NCBI GenBank assembly: GCA_024704765.1
Contig: JAKMXF010000033.1
Span: 892,847 to 956,846 of the forward strand
Length of the DNA: 64,000 nucleotides
Source of the DNA: Oopsacas minuta
Lineage: Eukaryota > Animalia > Porifera
Reading direction: 5' to 3'
In this document: positions 45,283 through 57,430 of the stretch, piece by piece
How the letters are laid out: the number at the start of each line of letters is the position of its first letter
Position numbering within the stretch: position 1 is the stretch's first letter
Made by a program: the position numbers and the translations under genes
The notes under the pieces: model-generated
The model's input: only the letters and a program-made list of their open reading frames with translations
What the model was told of the DNA's origin: nothing
The model's database searches: none

Positions 45283-46802
45283 CCTAAAGGGAGTTGATGT
45301 GATGAAAAAACCGTTGTTCACTACCATAGAAGTTAAATTGAGATCTCTTTTCTTTTCTATATTTATTCTTTTCCAATTTGACTAAGTCTGCATATCGTAA
45401 TCATTTCGGACCCCATTGCCCATTAGTGGACAATTAGAGAGGAACCATTGTACCACATTTGTCTTTTATCCCCTCTTGGAATCATCAGTTGCGTTACCTT
45501 TCGCACAATACACAAAAGATGGTCAATAAGCACTTGGTAAATTGCTATGTGTAATTCTCGTTACTGGGAATGTGCCGTTGAAGTTCGCGTTTCCATTATC
45601 TCGGCTCACCATGATAGGGATTGCGTTGCCTGAATAGCCTCGAGCAGAGGTCCCCACAAGGTACGATGTACCTTGCCTTTGAGCGCTTTGGAAAATAACG
45701 TTATAACACAAGTCAATAAGGTCAGTTTCATCTGGAAAGAAAGTAGGAGTAATACTGTTTATCATTGTTGAAACAAGTTAATAGTGTGAGTAAAATTAGG
45801 TTGTAATAGTAAAGTTCGCTACTGGTACTATTAATTTCAGGAAAATACAAACAGATATTTATACTAGAGTTGCAGCGGTCCGGGTCTGGTCCTGATATGA
45901 TGCAACAGTAATTTATGCAACATCAGATCCTTAATAAAGGTTTTTCAATTAGTAATCTTATTCTAGTTGATATATACTTCTGATAACACATATATATTTC
46001 TAAGGTCCTCTTGTGTATACATAGTACGCACTAACGAAGCTCAACTGTGATGTTTGTTGATAGGCCTAAAATGGGTTTGAACATTACTCCATATCTTTTA
46101 GCGAAGAGTGATACTATTCTCTTTAATGGGATGGACAACTGAACTATTCGAGGAATGGGAAGCATTTCGCATGCGAAACTATGCTGATAACGTCCTTTAT
46201 TGCTATGGTAAGTACAATAAATTTAACAATTGCCAAAATTCCAGAATCTCTTAAAGTTACATTTATAATAACTTTTCGTAATTTTTTTCTTTATGTATTC
46301 CAAATTTCCAACATTCCATGATTTATCAATTATATTCTACATCAAGCAAATTCAAGTTCAATTACGTATTAGCATTTATCATATGAGATCAATTTCACTT
46401 TAGGCAATGAAATATATTGAGAAGAAGTTGTGTACATCAGAGCCTGGGATACAAGACCTTCATAATCTCACTGTGTCTGATCCTGTGATCGCACCAATTT
46501 CCGTTGAGTGGCAGAAAGAGAAATCTGCTCTCTGTTAGGATTGACATACCTTAAACCAACATATCAACACCTACCTGGCAGGCCAGAAATAAGAGAGTAT
46601 GAGCTATGGGAGAATTATGATATAGTAGGATAGCAGATGAAAACTGCCCCTTCATATGTCTCTCGAAAATTATTTGTGGTCGTGAGGATTACCATAAAAG
46701 GTTCGGGGGAGGGGAAATAACGAGATACATGGTCAGTGATGGAAAGGACGTTATTAGCTGGTATTTCGATGAGGTGATGAACACTACTCCAGCTGCAAGT
46801 CA

Positions 46803-47597
46803 TATGGATAAACTCCGACAGGTGTCAAATTCTCTCTGCGGTACTACTACACATAACTATTTCTAGTTGCTGGATGAACATTATAACAACAAATAGAAAT
46901 AGATATGTAGAGAGGAAGAAGAGAAGGGTTTGTCTTTTATTCAACTTTTCATAGCAAAGCACTTATAACTTTGAAAAGTAGGATAAAAGTCAAAACTATT
47001 TCATAACTGAAGCGATTATCTCCTATTTATACTTTTCAGGTTAGCTAGTTATGGTACAGTCCGATGGCAGAGTGGTAGAAATGAATACAAACTTAATCTC
47101 ATGAAAATATTTCAGGGCACTTACATAGCAACACAAAAAGTATAAATAGGAATCATTCAGATTGTGGAAACAACTCGATCAAGAATACAACTACAACTTC
47201 TACCAATCTCTTCTTCAACTCTCTTCTTCAAGTCTTTTCTCTTACTACTACAACAGACAACTCTAGAATAATGAGATTCTCAATGAACAGTGACAAGAAC
47301 TCCACAGTTGACGGAATGAATTCACAACTTGACGGGTAGGATATATTTCCTGATTCAAGATCTCTCCCTCCCTCCCTACAAGATCCCTACAGTAAAACTA
47401 TGTCTTTCTACAGAAATTTAGAATTAATTCCTACTCCAGTAGTTATTGTTAGATTGTATTCTTGATCGACAATTCTGACTGTACTTTATGATTACTAATT
47501 AAAGTTAAATTCCCTCTCCTCCTTATTTGTTTACCTGGGTATTATAGTAAATACATTGCTGCTTGAGTCAATTTTAATTAGTGATAATAATCAGAAT
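46803..47597 (+). repeat. Arm copy A (solo/truncated) of the foldback repeat
   Basis: Near-identical to 49852..50713 but stops ~47 bp earlier; 2 units of TCTCTTCTTCAAC. Confidence 0.9.
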
Positions 47598-48822
47598 CGT
47601 TTGTTTTTTGTTACCTTCATCATGTAAAATGTTCAATTTTAATTTACTTTCTTTCGGGTTATTATACCTCACTGTTTCCTGCCCTCTTCCACACATTAAG
47701 TGTGTCAAAAATTCCCGATTTTAGAGCAATTTTACGCTTACTTGTAACTTTTTTGTTGTCCCTAGAGTCCTAGACTACATAGACTTATTCGATCACCAGG
47801 AAGAGTTAGAATTTCATCTGCGAAGCATATAATGGATTTGTAATTGAATTTGGGGTTTTGCCTCATTTCTCGTGCATTTTGGGGCGAAAAAACAGATTTG
47901 GATATAATGGGAATTGCAACTATTCTATTCATGTTATTTATGGTCTCTCCCATATAGTGCAATAGATCCAATGGACACCCCAGCTGTCGTCCGTGGGCCA
48001 CCAATGGGTCCATTGACCCCAGGTTCCGCTGATGTAACGTATCATTGAATTCACAAGTCCTGTAATCGGCGGGGTCTGGTAATTTTCGTCACGATAGCAA
48101 TTGCTATCCTCTCACGCATACTATGATTGCGTATGATTTTAATGCATAAGAAAACACATACAAATACATTATTAAGTGCAACTAAACGAGATGAAGGATG
48201 GCCATTTGAACTTTTTAGCTAGTCTTGACTGATTTTGTATATTTTTACACTAAAAAAGTATTGGGGGTTAAAATAACTTTTATGATATTTATAAATCTAG
48301 CCTCTCTTCTTTATTCGCTGCTGGCCACTTTCCTCTCTATATTCAGGGGCGGCGCAAGGATTTGGCGAATGAGCCTGGCGACACAATTTTTTGGGGGCAT
48401 GTTCATTCGCCATTTCAATTAAATTACTCAACTCATTCCATATAACTGCAAGAACAATATGTCACTTGGTGCTTTGGATGAAAGCGGTTTATGCCAAATT
48501 GCCATCCAAAGATGTAGGTGAGTTGTTATAAATTAAAACTAGTAGCATAAGTAAAATAGACAAAGGTATTGACAGCAAACTCCGCTTAATTGGGACACCG
48601 GATAATCGGAAAACCGCAAATTTTGTCCCCCGTCCGGACAAGTATTATTTGTATTTTTCCAAATTTATGCATAGTCCTTTGGTCACAGAGTATACAATCC
48701 ACATTTTAATACTCTTATACGTAGTTGAAAAATTCAATATCTTTCTGCCACGAAAGTATGTGATGAGATAATTGTAAGGGGTGATCTTATTTTACTTATT
48801 AACTGGCCAATAAAATATAAAA

Positions 48823-49680
48823 ATGTCCAGCCGACAGACTAGTAGTGCAGCTCAGGATTATATATTTTTTTGTTATTTTCGGAGGGGGCACTCCCCTCAA
48901 CCACTGCGTAAATGCTGCAATGCACGGACCCGACAAGTAAGATATATCATTGATCGAGATGAACAATTGCGAATTTTAATGCATGTCACATTGATACAAT
49001 ATCTGGTCTTTTCGGGCTTAAACGAACACTTGCACGTATTCTTGAGAGGTTATTTGGGATTGGAGTCTTAAAAGATGTTCGCAAAATGGTAGGTTTGTAT
49101 ATATTGCTCAGAAATTAGGATTGGTAGTGCCTTTTTTGATATATGTAAAATTACTAAAGTATTCTATTAGGTTAGTAACTGGAATTTATTCCAGAAAGGA
49201 AACAATAAGATTTTATTGCAACTTCTACTAGTGGGAATCGTTGTTTACTTACCGTGAGTGATTATTTTTCCAAATGGGTTGAGCAATAGCTTTACTCACA
49301 AAAGCTGCTTCAAACATTGCCGACGCTATGCTTAAGGTAATCTTTGTTTTATACGTATATCGTAGATATGGAATAGCTTAATAGTAGCCAGTAACGCGAT
49401 TATTCATTTTGACCTTCTGAGGGTCTCTAGCTAGTAGGAATTGGACATGAAAGGTCATTTTCGATGATTAGCAACTATTCTAGGTTGTAACATTTCTTTA
49501 TATGAATTTATGTTTGTATATGCATTATCTAATACAGATATTCCTGAGTATGAGTCTACCAAGAATTACCACAATGGATCAGGGTACAGAGTTTCGTAAC
49601 CGACTCAATAAACGGTTGACAAATAGTATAGTATATGGGGATTAAACATAATCTTGCAATCGACGATATAACAACGTTCA
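48823..49680 (+). pseudogene. Intron-containing Gypsy-type integrase remnant (Ginger/GIN-like DNA transposase)
   Basis: DRDEQLRIL.ACHIDTISG.FGLKRTL.RI..R (H2C2 region), TSGNR.LLTVSDYFSKWVEAIAL..K.A..IADA, LPR.TT.DQGTEF.N.LNK; phase-0 GT-AG introns 49089-49170 and 49337-49537; no RT. Confidence 0.75.
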
Positions 49681-49851
49681 CTAAAGTAACAATTTCGTAA
49701 AAGAAAACACAACAAAATGTTATTACCGCATTAAATATTATCAAGATATGGAATAATTTAATTTGCTCAAATATAGCAATGAAAAAAAGATAAAGTATAC
49801 CGCTCGTTTAGGATACCATTATTATCATGAATCCATGCTATAGATGGGCCC

Positions 49852-52488
49852 TATGGATAAGCTCCGACAGGTGTCAAATTCTCTCTGCGGTACTACTACA
49901 CATAACTATTTCTAGTTGCTGGATGAACATTATAACAACAAATAGAAATAGATATGTAGAGAGGAAGAAGAGAAGGGTTTGTCTTTTATTCAACTTTTCA
50001 TAGCAAAGCACTTATAACTTTGAAAAGTAGGATAAAAGTCAAAACTATTTCATAACTGAAGCGATTATCTCCTATTTATACTTTTCAGGTTAGCTAGTTA
50101 TGGTACAGTCCGATGGCAGAGTGGTAGAAATGAATACAAACTTAATCTCATGAAAATATTCAGGGCACTTACATAGCAACACAAAAAGTATAAATAGGAA
50201 TCATTCAGATTGTGGAAACAACTCGATCAAGAATACAACTACAACTTCTACCAATCTCTTCTTCAACTCTCTTCTTCAACTCTCTTCTTCAACTCTTTTC
50301 TCTTACTACTACAACAGACAACTCTAGAATAATGAGATTCTCAATGAACAGTGACAAGAACTCCACAGTTGACGGAATGAATTCACAACTTGACGGGTAG
50401 GATGTATTTCCTGAATTCAAGATTTCAAGATCTCTCCCTCCCTCTCTACAAGATCCCTACAGTAAAACTATGTCTTTCTACAGAAATTTAGAATTAATTC
50501 CTACTCCAGTAGTTATTGTTAGATTGTATTCTTGATCGACAATTCTGACTGTACTTTATGATTACTAATTAAAGTTAAATTCCCTCTCCTCCTTATTTGT
50601 TTACCTGGGTATTATAGTAAATACATTGCTGCTTTGAGTCAATTTTAATTAGTGATAATAATCAGAATTGTAACTTTTCTATCCGATTATGGTGAGAATT
50701 TCGCAGTTTGCTTCACCCATCTCAAACCTTAAATTTCTCAAACAGAACTTGTTAAATAAATATTCCCTAGTTTTAATATTTCAACTCTGCTATCTGATTC
50801 CGTCAGCATTCTCTGACTTTTAATATGCGTAGCGAGCAGTTAACCGCGAATTAATCTATTATATTCCGATATTCTACATATTACAGATTTCTCTCAAGGC
50901 CAAATAATCACGAAAGTAGGTCGAGAATCACTCTTCACATGTCAGCGTCTCTCTAAAAATCCGAGTATTCATGATTGCACATTTTGGAGGAGAATATATT
51001 GATCCTGTACTAATTTGTGTCTAAAAATCGATACTTTGTATACTTCATGGCTGCTGAAAGGCACTATAACTTGCCCACACGCACTTAAATATACCCTGTC
51101 CCGAAATAGCTCTATTAAACGGAGTCTAAATATTGTATTAATAGAAAGAGTCCCTAACGGGGGACATATCGCCCAAGAGCCAATGTCCGGGGGTCTCACC
51201 CTACGTAACTTCTAGCAAGTTATTAGATCAATACCAGGTATATACTTGAAATTAGGATGGGTCTGGGTGAGATAACCTTATATTGAGGTTAAGATGCGAG
51301 CAAAGCGAGCCGAAATTTCAGAGTTTGCGATTAGAGCTAAACGCTTCAATGTATTATTAATTATATATAATGTTATAAATTCAATGTCATTTTTTCTATC
51401 ATTTTATGTTATCTGTGATTATGGAAATTGGGGATGGCTGCGGCACGAGTTTGTCAGGGTGGATTCCGCCCTATACCTATCCCGTTGCAACGTCCCTGAT
51501 CTGCTACTAACATGTTGACATCTGTAAGCTGTCGTTCAAACGTTCGTAAAGCTAAATTACAATTCCCTAGTACTGAATGTTTATGTGCTTCATTTCAAAG
51601 AGCTAACCAAGCAAGCAAACTGCGAAATTCTCACCATAATCGGATAGAAAAGTTACAATTCTGATTATTATCACTAATTAAAATTGACTCAAAGCAGCGA
51701 TGTATTTACTATAATACCCAGGTAAACAAATAAGGAGGAGAGGGAATTTAACTTTAATTAGTAATCATAAAGTACAGTCAGAATTGTCGATCAAGAATAC
51801 AATCTAACAATAACTACTGGAGTAGGAATTAATTCTAAATTTCTGTAGAAAGACATAGTTTTACTGTAGGGATCTTGTAGAGAGGGAGGGAGAGATCTTG
51901 AAATCTTGAATTCAGGAAATACATCCTACCCGTCAAGTTGTGAATTCATTCCGTCAACTGTGGAGTTCTTGTCACTGTTCATTGAGAATCTCATTATTCT
52001 AGAGTTGTCTGTTGTAGTAGTAAGAGAAAAGAGTTGAAGAAGAGAGTTGAAGAAGAGAGTTGAAGAAGTGAGTTGGAGAAGAGATTGGTAGAAGTTGTAG
52101 TTGTATTCTTGATCGAGTTGTTTCCACAATCTGAATGATTCCTATTTATACTTTTTGTGTTGCTATGTAAGTGCCCTGAAATATTTTCATGAGATTAAGT
52201 TTGTATTCATTTCTACCACTCTGCCATCGGACTGTACCATAACTAGCTAACCTGAAAAGTATAAATAGGAGATAATCGCTTCAGTTATGAAATAGTTTTG
52301 ACTTTTATCCTACTTTTCAAAGTTATAAGTGCTTTGCTATGAAAAGTTGAATAAAAGACAAACCCTTCTCTTCTTCCTCTCTACATATCTATTTCTATTT
52401 GTTGTTATAATGTTCATCCAGCAACTAGAAATAGTTATGTGTAGTAGTACCGCAGAGAGAATTTGACACCTGTCGGAGCTTATCCATA
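49852..52488. mobile_element. Foldback-like element: ~870-bp inverted arms (49852-50713, 51613-52488) around an 899-bp spacer
   Basis: Arms read as reverse complements from TATGGATAAGCTCC to GCAGTTTGCTT; TA at both outer ends; no transposase ORF. Confidence 0.85.
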
Positions 52489-54413
52489 TTTTATGAATAT
52501 AAGTAACTTTATTGATATCTCAAAATACTTAGAGACTTGTTGTTAACCGTAACAATGTACGCTAATTCAGATTCAGTTTTCCTATGTAAATTAATTATCG
52601 TTTTACGAAATAATGAGTGGAGCTAACCATGAATTGCTTAACATATATCTATATCTTAAGGGACGTCTGGGCCCTGGTGCTGTCCAAATTTAGGCCCCAT
52701 ATATGTCTTACATTGAACCGATCTCACAGTATTCAGAATCAAATTAACCCACAATACATAAACCTTATATAAACACACACTACAGAAACAACTTTCTACA
52801 TAGGCTTTTTGTGAGACATATTCTTTGTGAATTCATTGATATCGAATAACACAGCTAAGAGCGTTGAATTTTAGCCCGGTAAGTTTGTGAACACGAGTAA
52901 AATAAATGGACGACAGCGGTGTGTAAGACTCTCCGTTCCAAAAAATGCACTATTCGGATTGAAATTTGCATCTGCTTTTTTGCAGTGAGAGCTGCCCCTT
53001 TCGGCCCAGTATTCCCGCATTGATTTGTCTTCTCCCACAAACCAATATCATTGACGTACTGATTTAAATCTGTGCAAAAATTCAGCCTCCGTGACTGGAG
53101 CGCTAGCGCTGAAGTGTTCAGGTAAAGGTTCCTCTGTCATATCTGTATGCATGAACTCACGAATATCACTTTGTTCAGGTGGCTAAGATTGACATTCACC
53201 TCGAGCGCTAGATTTAGAAGGTGCGAATATCTTGTCCAACAAAGGCATCTTGAAGCATCGCAGCATCAGATGCTTTTTTGGCAGCAGCTACTAGCGGGTC
53301 CTTTCTGTTTGGCTCTTTGCGAATCTAGAAGAGAGATATTTCTACCGCCCTGGATGCAGTATTGCCTAAAAGCATTTATATATATGATTTCTTTATTGCA
53401 GAAGCAGTGCATTTAGCATGAATAAATGTACAGTATTACATTTTTGTAGTACATCAAACTTTACACCAATAAAACTTTAACTATTCTCGAGTTATAATTG
53501 AATATTCATAAAAATTTGTCATCCATAGTCTCTAGTCACTCAACAACGAGCCAAGACAGCTAACTTTTGTATGACTTTTTATACTGGAACAACCTCTTAT
53601 GCACAAATGCAAATGTATTTGTCATTAAAGTCTCACTTGTCATGCTATACAGCCTATTCTTCATCCCCCGACAATAGGTCCTTCTGGACTATATATGGCG
53701 GTATGGATCGTCCCCTCGACCTCTGCAGTGTAATGAACCTCCCAATAATTCTAATAAAGAAGAAGTAAGGGACTAGTTCTACAAACTGGTGTATTGCGCT
53801 TGCTCTTGTTGTTAACTATTTATCTTCATCCATTACTAAGGCAGAGACAACGTTTTTGGTTAGGGGGGCTGGGGTGTTGAATGACTTTAAATTGACCAAA
53901 GAACAAATCGTTATCAATTTGAATTAATAGGAATCGCTGCTGTAGTCATATTTCGCACCTTGCTTGCTTTCTAGGTTTAATATATAACTCTAGGTCGCTG
54001 CGGGACAGCTTAGTGTTCCAGGTTAGCTTAAGTGTTAAATTAAACAGCTAAATTTTATAGTGATATTGGTTGCTATGCGACAGGATATACTCTGCACTAC
54101 GTGCGTCGAATCACAGAATAGTTAAAATTTTAAGATTTTTTTATCCATGGCCCATCCAAATTACATTCAATGGCCTTCTGTGGTGACACTGAAGATGCGA
54201 TGTCGCTTTAGGTTAGTAATCTCGGCACTTCGTGCCTCAGGGTATTAAGAAATTCTGAATTTTTTGATATTTTTAAACAGTCATGACGTAATAATCCTAT
54301 GATGAGTTAACTTTTGGCCAGAATCATGACGTCAGGAATTGTGTCACAATGAGGGGTACCTGTGATTCAAATTTCCTGTAATTAATGCGAACCTTATAAT
54401 TGCTTATTAGATT

Positions 54414-56597
54414 CTAATATTTCAATATCTGGACTATAATTGATGCTGATATCCTTAAATTTTCTCTGAAGTCAAGTCGCCTGCGGTGTTTTGACCTAAG
54501 AAAATTTGCTGAAGAAAACGTTTTCTCACAAAAATATGTTGTTGGAAATGGAAGCAAAAGCAATCTTTCAGCTTTTTTGAAAAGATTTGGTGCTACCCCC
54601 TTCACTAAAAACCAGAACTTAGTTTTGTTAGCACGAGAATATTTAGCTTTTGCCTCCTCATTTGCCTGTAAATATAACAACTCCTCTACTAGTATGTTGC
54701 CTAAGTCCATCATATCTTTCAGTGACATATCCATCGGGGTTAGCAGGTATTTAGGGATTTATGGAACGTCCGAAAAGATATTGGAAAATTAGTAACTAGA
54801 TTCATCAAATGTTCTTCGACAAGGGGAATAAATTTAACTTCAAGATGTGGTGAAGGAGAAAGAATTGCTTCTACACGTGGGAACATGTTCCATTGGTTGC
54901 TCAGTATGCGTAAACGAAAGAATTTCAACTTATTTTGAAATGTAGTCACATTTTCTATAGCCGCTTGAAGAAAAATCCCATCTCCCTGCAACCTAAGATT
55001 ACTCAGGTTATAGTAAGAGAAGATTTCGTAAGATAAGCTCATTTCAGTTTGAAATAGATCGATGAAAACTCTTCTGTCTTGAAGAAATGTTTCTGATCTA
55101 GAAATTCACATAACTGATCATAAATAGAATATACTTGTTCAAGAGCTTTTCCTCTACTAAGCCAGCGAACTTCTGTGTGGAACAGGAGGACGCCGTGTTC
55201 TGCTTCCGAATCTTCACAGTTTTCTTAATATACGTTCGTTCAAGGGACCTGATTTGACAAAGTTCACAACTTTGTTGATATGGTTAAGTGTTTCATGAAG
55301 TTCAGGCTGGGGATCTTGGCAGCTAACGTCTCTTTATGAAGCATGCAATGGATAAAACTGCACTGCGGAACTTCCCTTTTAAAACATCCCTAGAATCCAG
55401 CATCTCTACTAGTCATATTTCGAGCTCCATCTGTACTAACACTAACAACTTGGCTTAAACTAATCTGAGGTGAGTCAAAATAGGATCTAACCATCTTGAA
55501 AATATCTTGTCCAGTGCAACGACATTCAAACTAATCAACGAAAAGTAATTCTTCCTTTATGCAATCGTTATCGATGAAACGCATACAGACAATAAGAGTA
55601 GATTCTGCTCCATATGTTGACTCATCTAATTGACTGCTGATAGGAATATCCTTTATAAGCCGAACCAATTTATCTTCTAAATTCTGTGAAATTTGACTAA
55701 TCTTCCTTTTTACTGTATCATTAGATAACGGGATTTTGTTTAGTTTCTCAGCTGCCGCACTTCCCAGAACATACTTGGCACAAGCCAACAGTGAAGGCTT
55801 GATTAGAGTTTCTGCATCTCTATGAGGTTTTTTAAGCTTTGTGATTAGAAAAGATACTTCATAGGATGCCAAAATACATTTCAAATCGGTAGACTGAGTG
55901 AAGAGAGAAAAAGATTTCTGTTGATTCAAATAAACCTTCTTTTTCTACGAAAAGTACTCTATTGGCTGCCCCACCTCTGTGGGATGTTTTGAAAATGGAT
56001 GCGCTTTTAAGTGATGAGGCCTCATAGAATCATTCGCCAAGCATACATGATAGGTCAAGCAAAGAGGTTTAATTCGTCTGGACTAGAAATGAATCCAAAC
56101 TGCAGATAATAGGAATCATAATGTCGAATTCTGCGTTTTGCATTTGGTTCGGATATAATCTTCTGATTGTATAATAAAGTCTTTTAATGATAGGATTGAA
56201 ATTAATTAATGTAGATACAGTTCTATGATATATTTATGTAGATTGTAAAATGAAAATTGTATCGATCAATAAGATGCGATATTATTCACATTATTGGAGT
56301 TCACATATCGATTACGTATTCACAATCGAATACATAGTATTTATTGTCATACAAAAGCAATTTATATTTCTCAGATGCATGCCATCTTTTCGAACCCTTA
56401 CATTGTAAGGCTTACAAAGTATTAACAATAATTATATCTGAGTACTAACTTTATCGACGTATAATGCAAATGGGTTTTTAAAGAGCGAGGAGCCTCCTTT
56501 GACTAAATTATTTACGCACACCCCAGGTATAGATGGTTCTCTCCGAATATGTATCGCCCCTCTTCGGTATTGCCATCCCCCTGGTTGAGAATCATTG
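54414..56597 (-). mobile_element. Degraded hAT (Buster/Charlie, ZBED5/FAM200-like) transposon
   Basis: SMRP.HLK, KKPH..AETLIKP, IPLSNDTV.R.I, QLDEST, LLPFPTTY.CEK.FS; terminus rc CAATGATTCTCAACCAGGGG at 56597; many stops and frameshifts. Confidence 0.85.
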
Positions 56598-56696
56598 CCT
56601 TAGCTAAGCCAATGGCACTTACATAATATTCAGTTCAAATTCGGAGATTAACAGGAATGATTCCAAATTCGTAGACAGTATATAGAAACATGAGCA

Positions 56697-56880
56697 CAGT
56701 GGAACCTACATAAACCGACTCCTGTAATATTCCGGAAGGCCTCTATAAACCGACTCCTGTAATATTCCGGAAGGCCTCTATAATCCGACAGTGTTTTTGA
56801 TCTGAAATAGCTTCAGACAATACAAATTCACCTGTATAATCCGACACTACTTTCATGTCCTAACGAGTGTCAGTATAGGC
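56697..56880. mobile_element. pogo-type MITE with a 2 x 35-bp tandem duplication (56711-56780)
   Basis: CAGTGGAACCTACATAAACCGAC start; remainder matches the segment at ~18893-19015 inside the HIBCH intron. Confidence 0.6.
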
Positions 56881-57430
56881 AGTTGGATATACACACACTA
56901 TTTAATTAAAGCTCAGTCGTTCTTTAAGAAGGTACACTAGTTAATATAGGGTAGATCCAACTCGAATATTGCGTGAAATACGCTGGAACATAGTCTACTA
57001 AATATAAGGCCTAACTGTAATACTACCAGGTATGCAGTTAGAGCCGCATTAAGGCATAGAGCTTCGAGTTTTTGGCGAAGCGACGAGCGCTCATAAGTGA
57101 CTAAATTTAATGCTCTCAAATCAATACATCCCAAGGAAAGAAATTTCCAAAATTGATAACTACTGTATGTATTGGAATTTGATATAAGGAAGGGTGACTG
57201 TATTAATAGGTAAATTAATATCTTCATAATTTGTGGCAAGAATAAAGAGGGCAACTAAAAAGCAACCGAGAATTGGTTGTTGTTAGAAGTTTTGAAGCTA
57301 CCTAACGAGTCAATTTAGCCAAGTGAGTAATGCCTACCAAATTACCAATTATTTCACCATTACTAATACCATAAATATTATTCGAAAGCAGAATATCAAT
57401 AATGAATGAATATAGTATTTATTGGAACAT

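Noticed and set aside
45290-45765. 80-aa ORF (45523..45765) with in-frame continuation past stops
   Set aside because: No recognisable motif, three stops in about 160 codons; cannot distinguish from chance.
47055-47085. tRNA or tRNA-derived SINE (A-box-like TGGCAGAGTGG) in the foldback arm
   Set aside because: No B box or cloverleaf follows.
46803-50713. Copies A and B as LTRs of a retrotransposon carrying the integrase
   Set aside because: A and B end at different points, B pairs better with inverted copy C, there is no PBS/PPT, TSD or RT, and the integrase has introns.
47160-52129. 62-67 aa ORFs repeated in the foldback arms
   Set aside because: Low-complexity, frame altered by VNTR unit number, non-ATG starts; no evidence of coding function.
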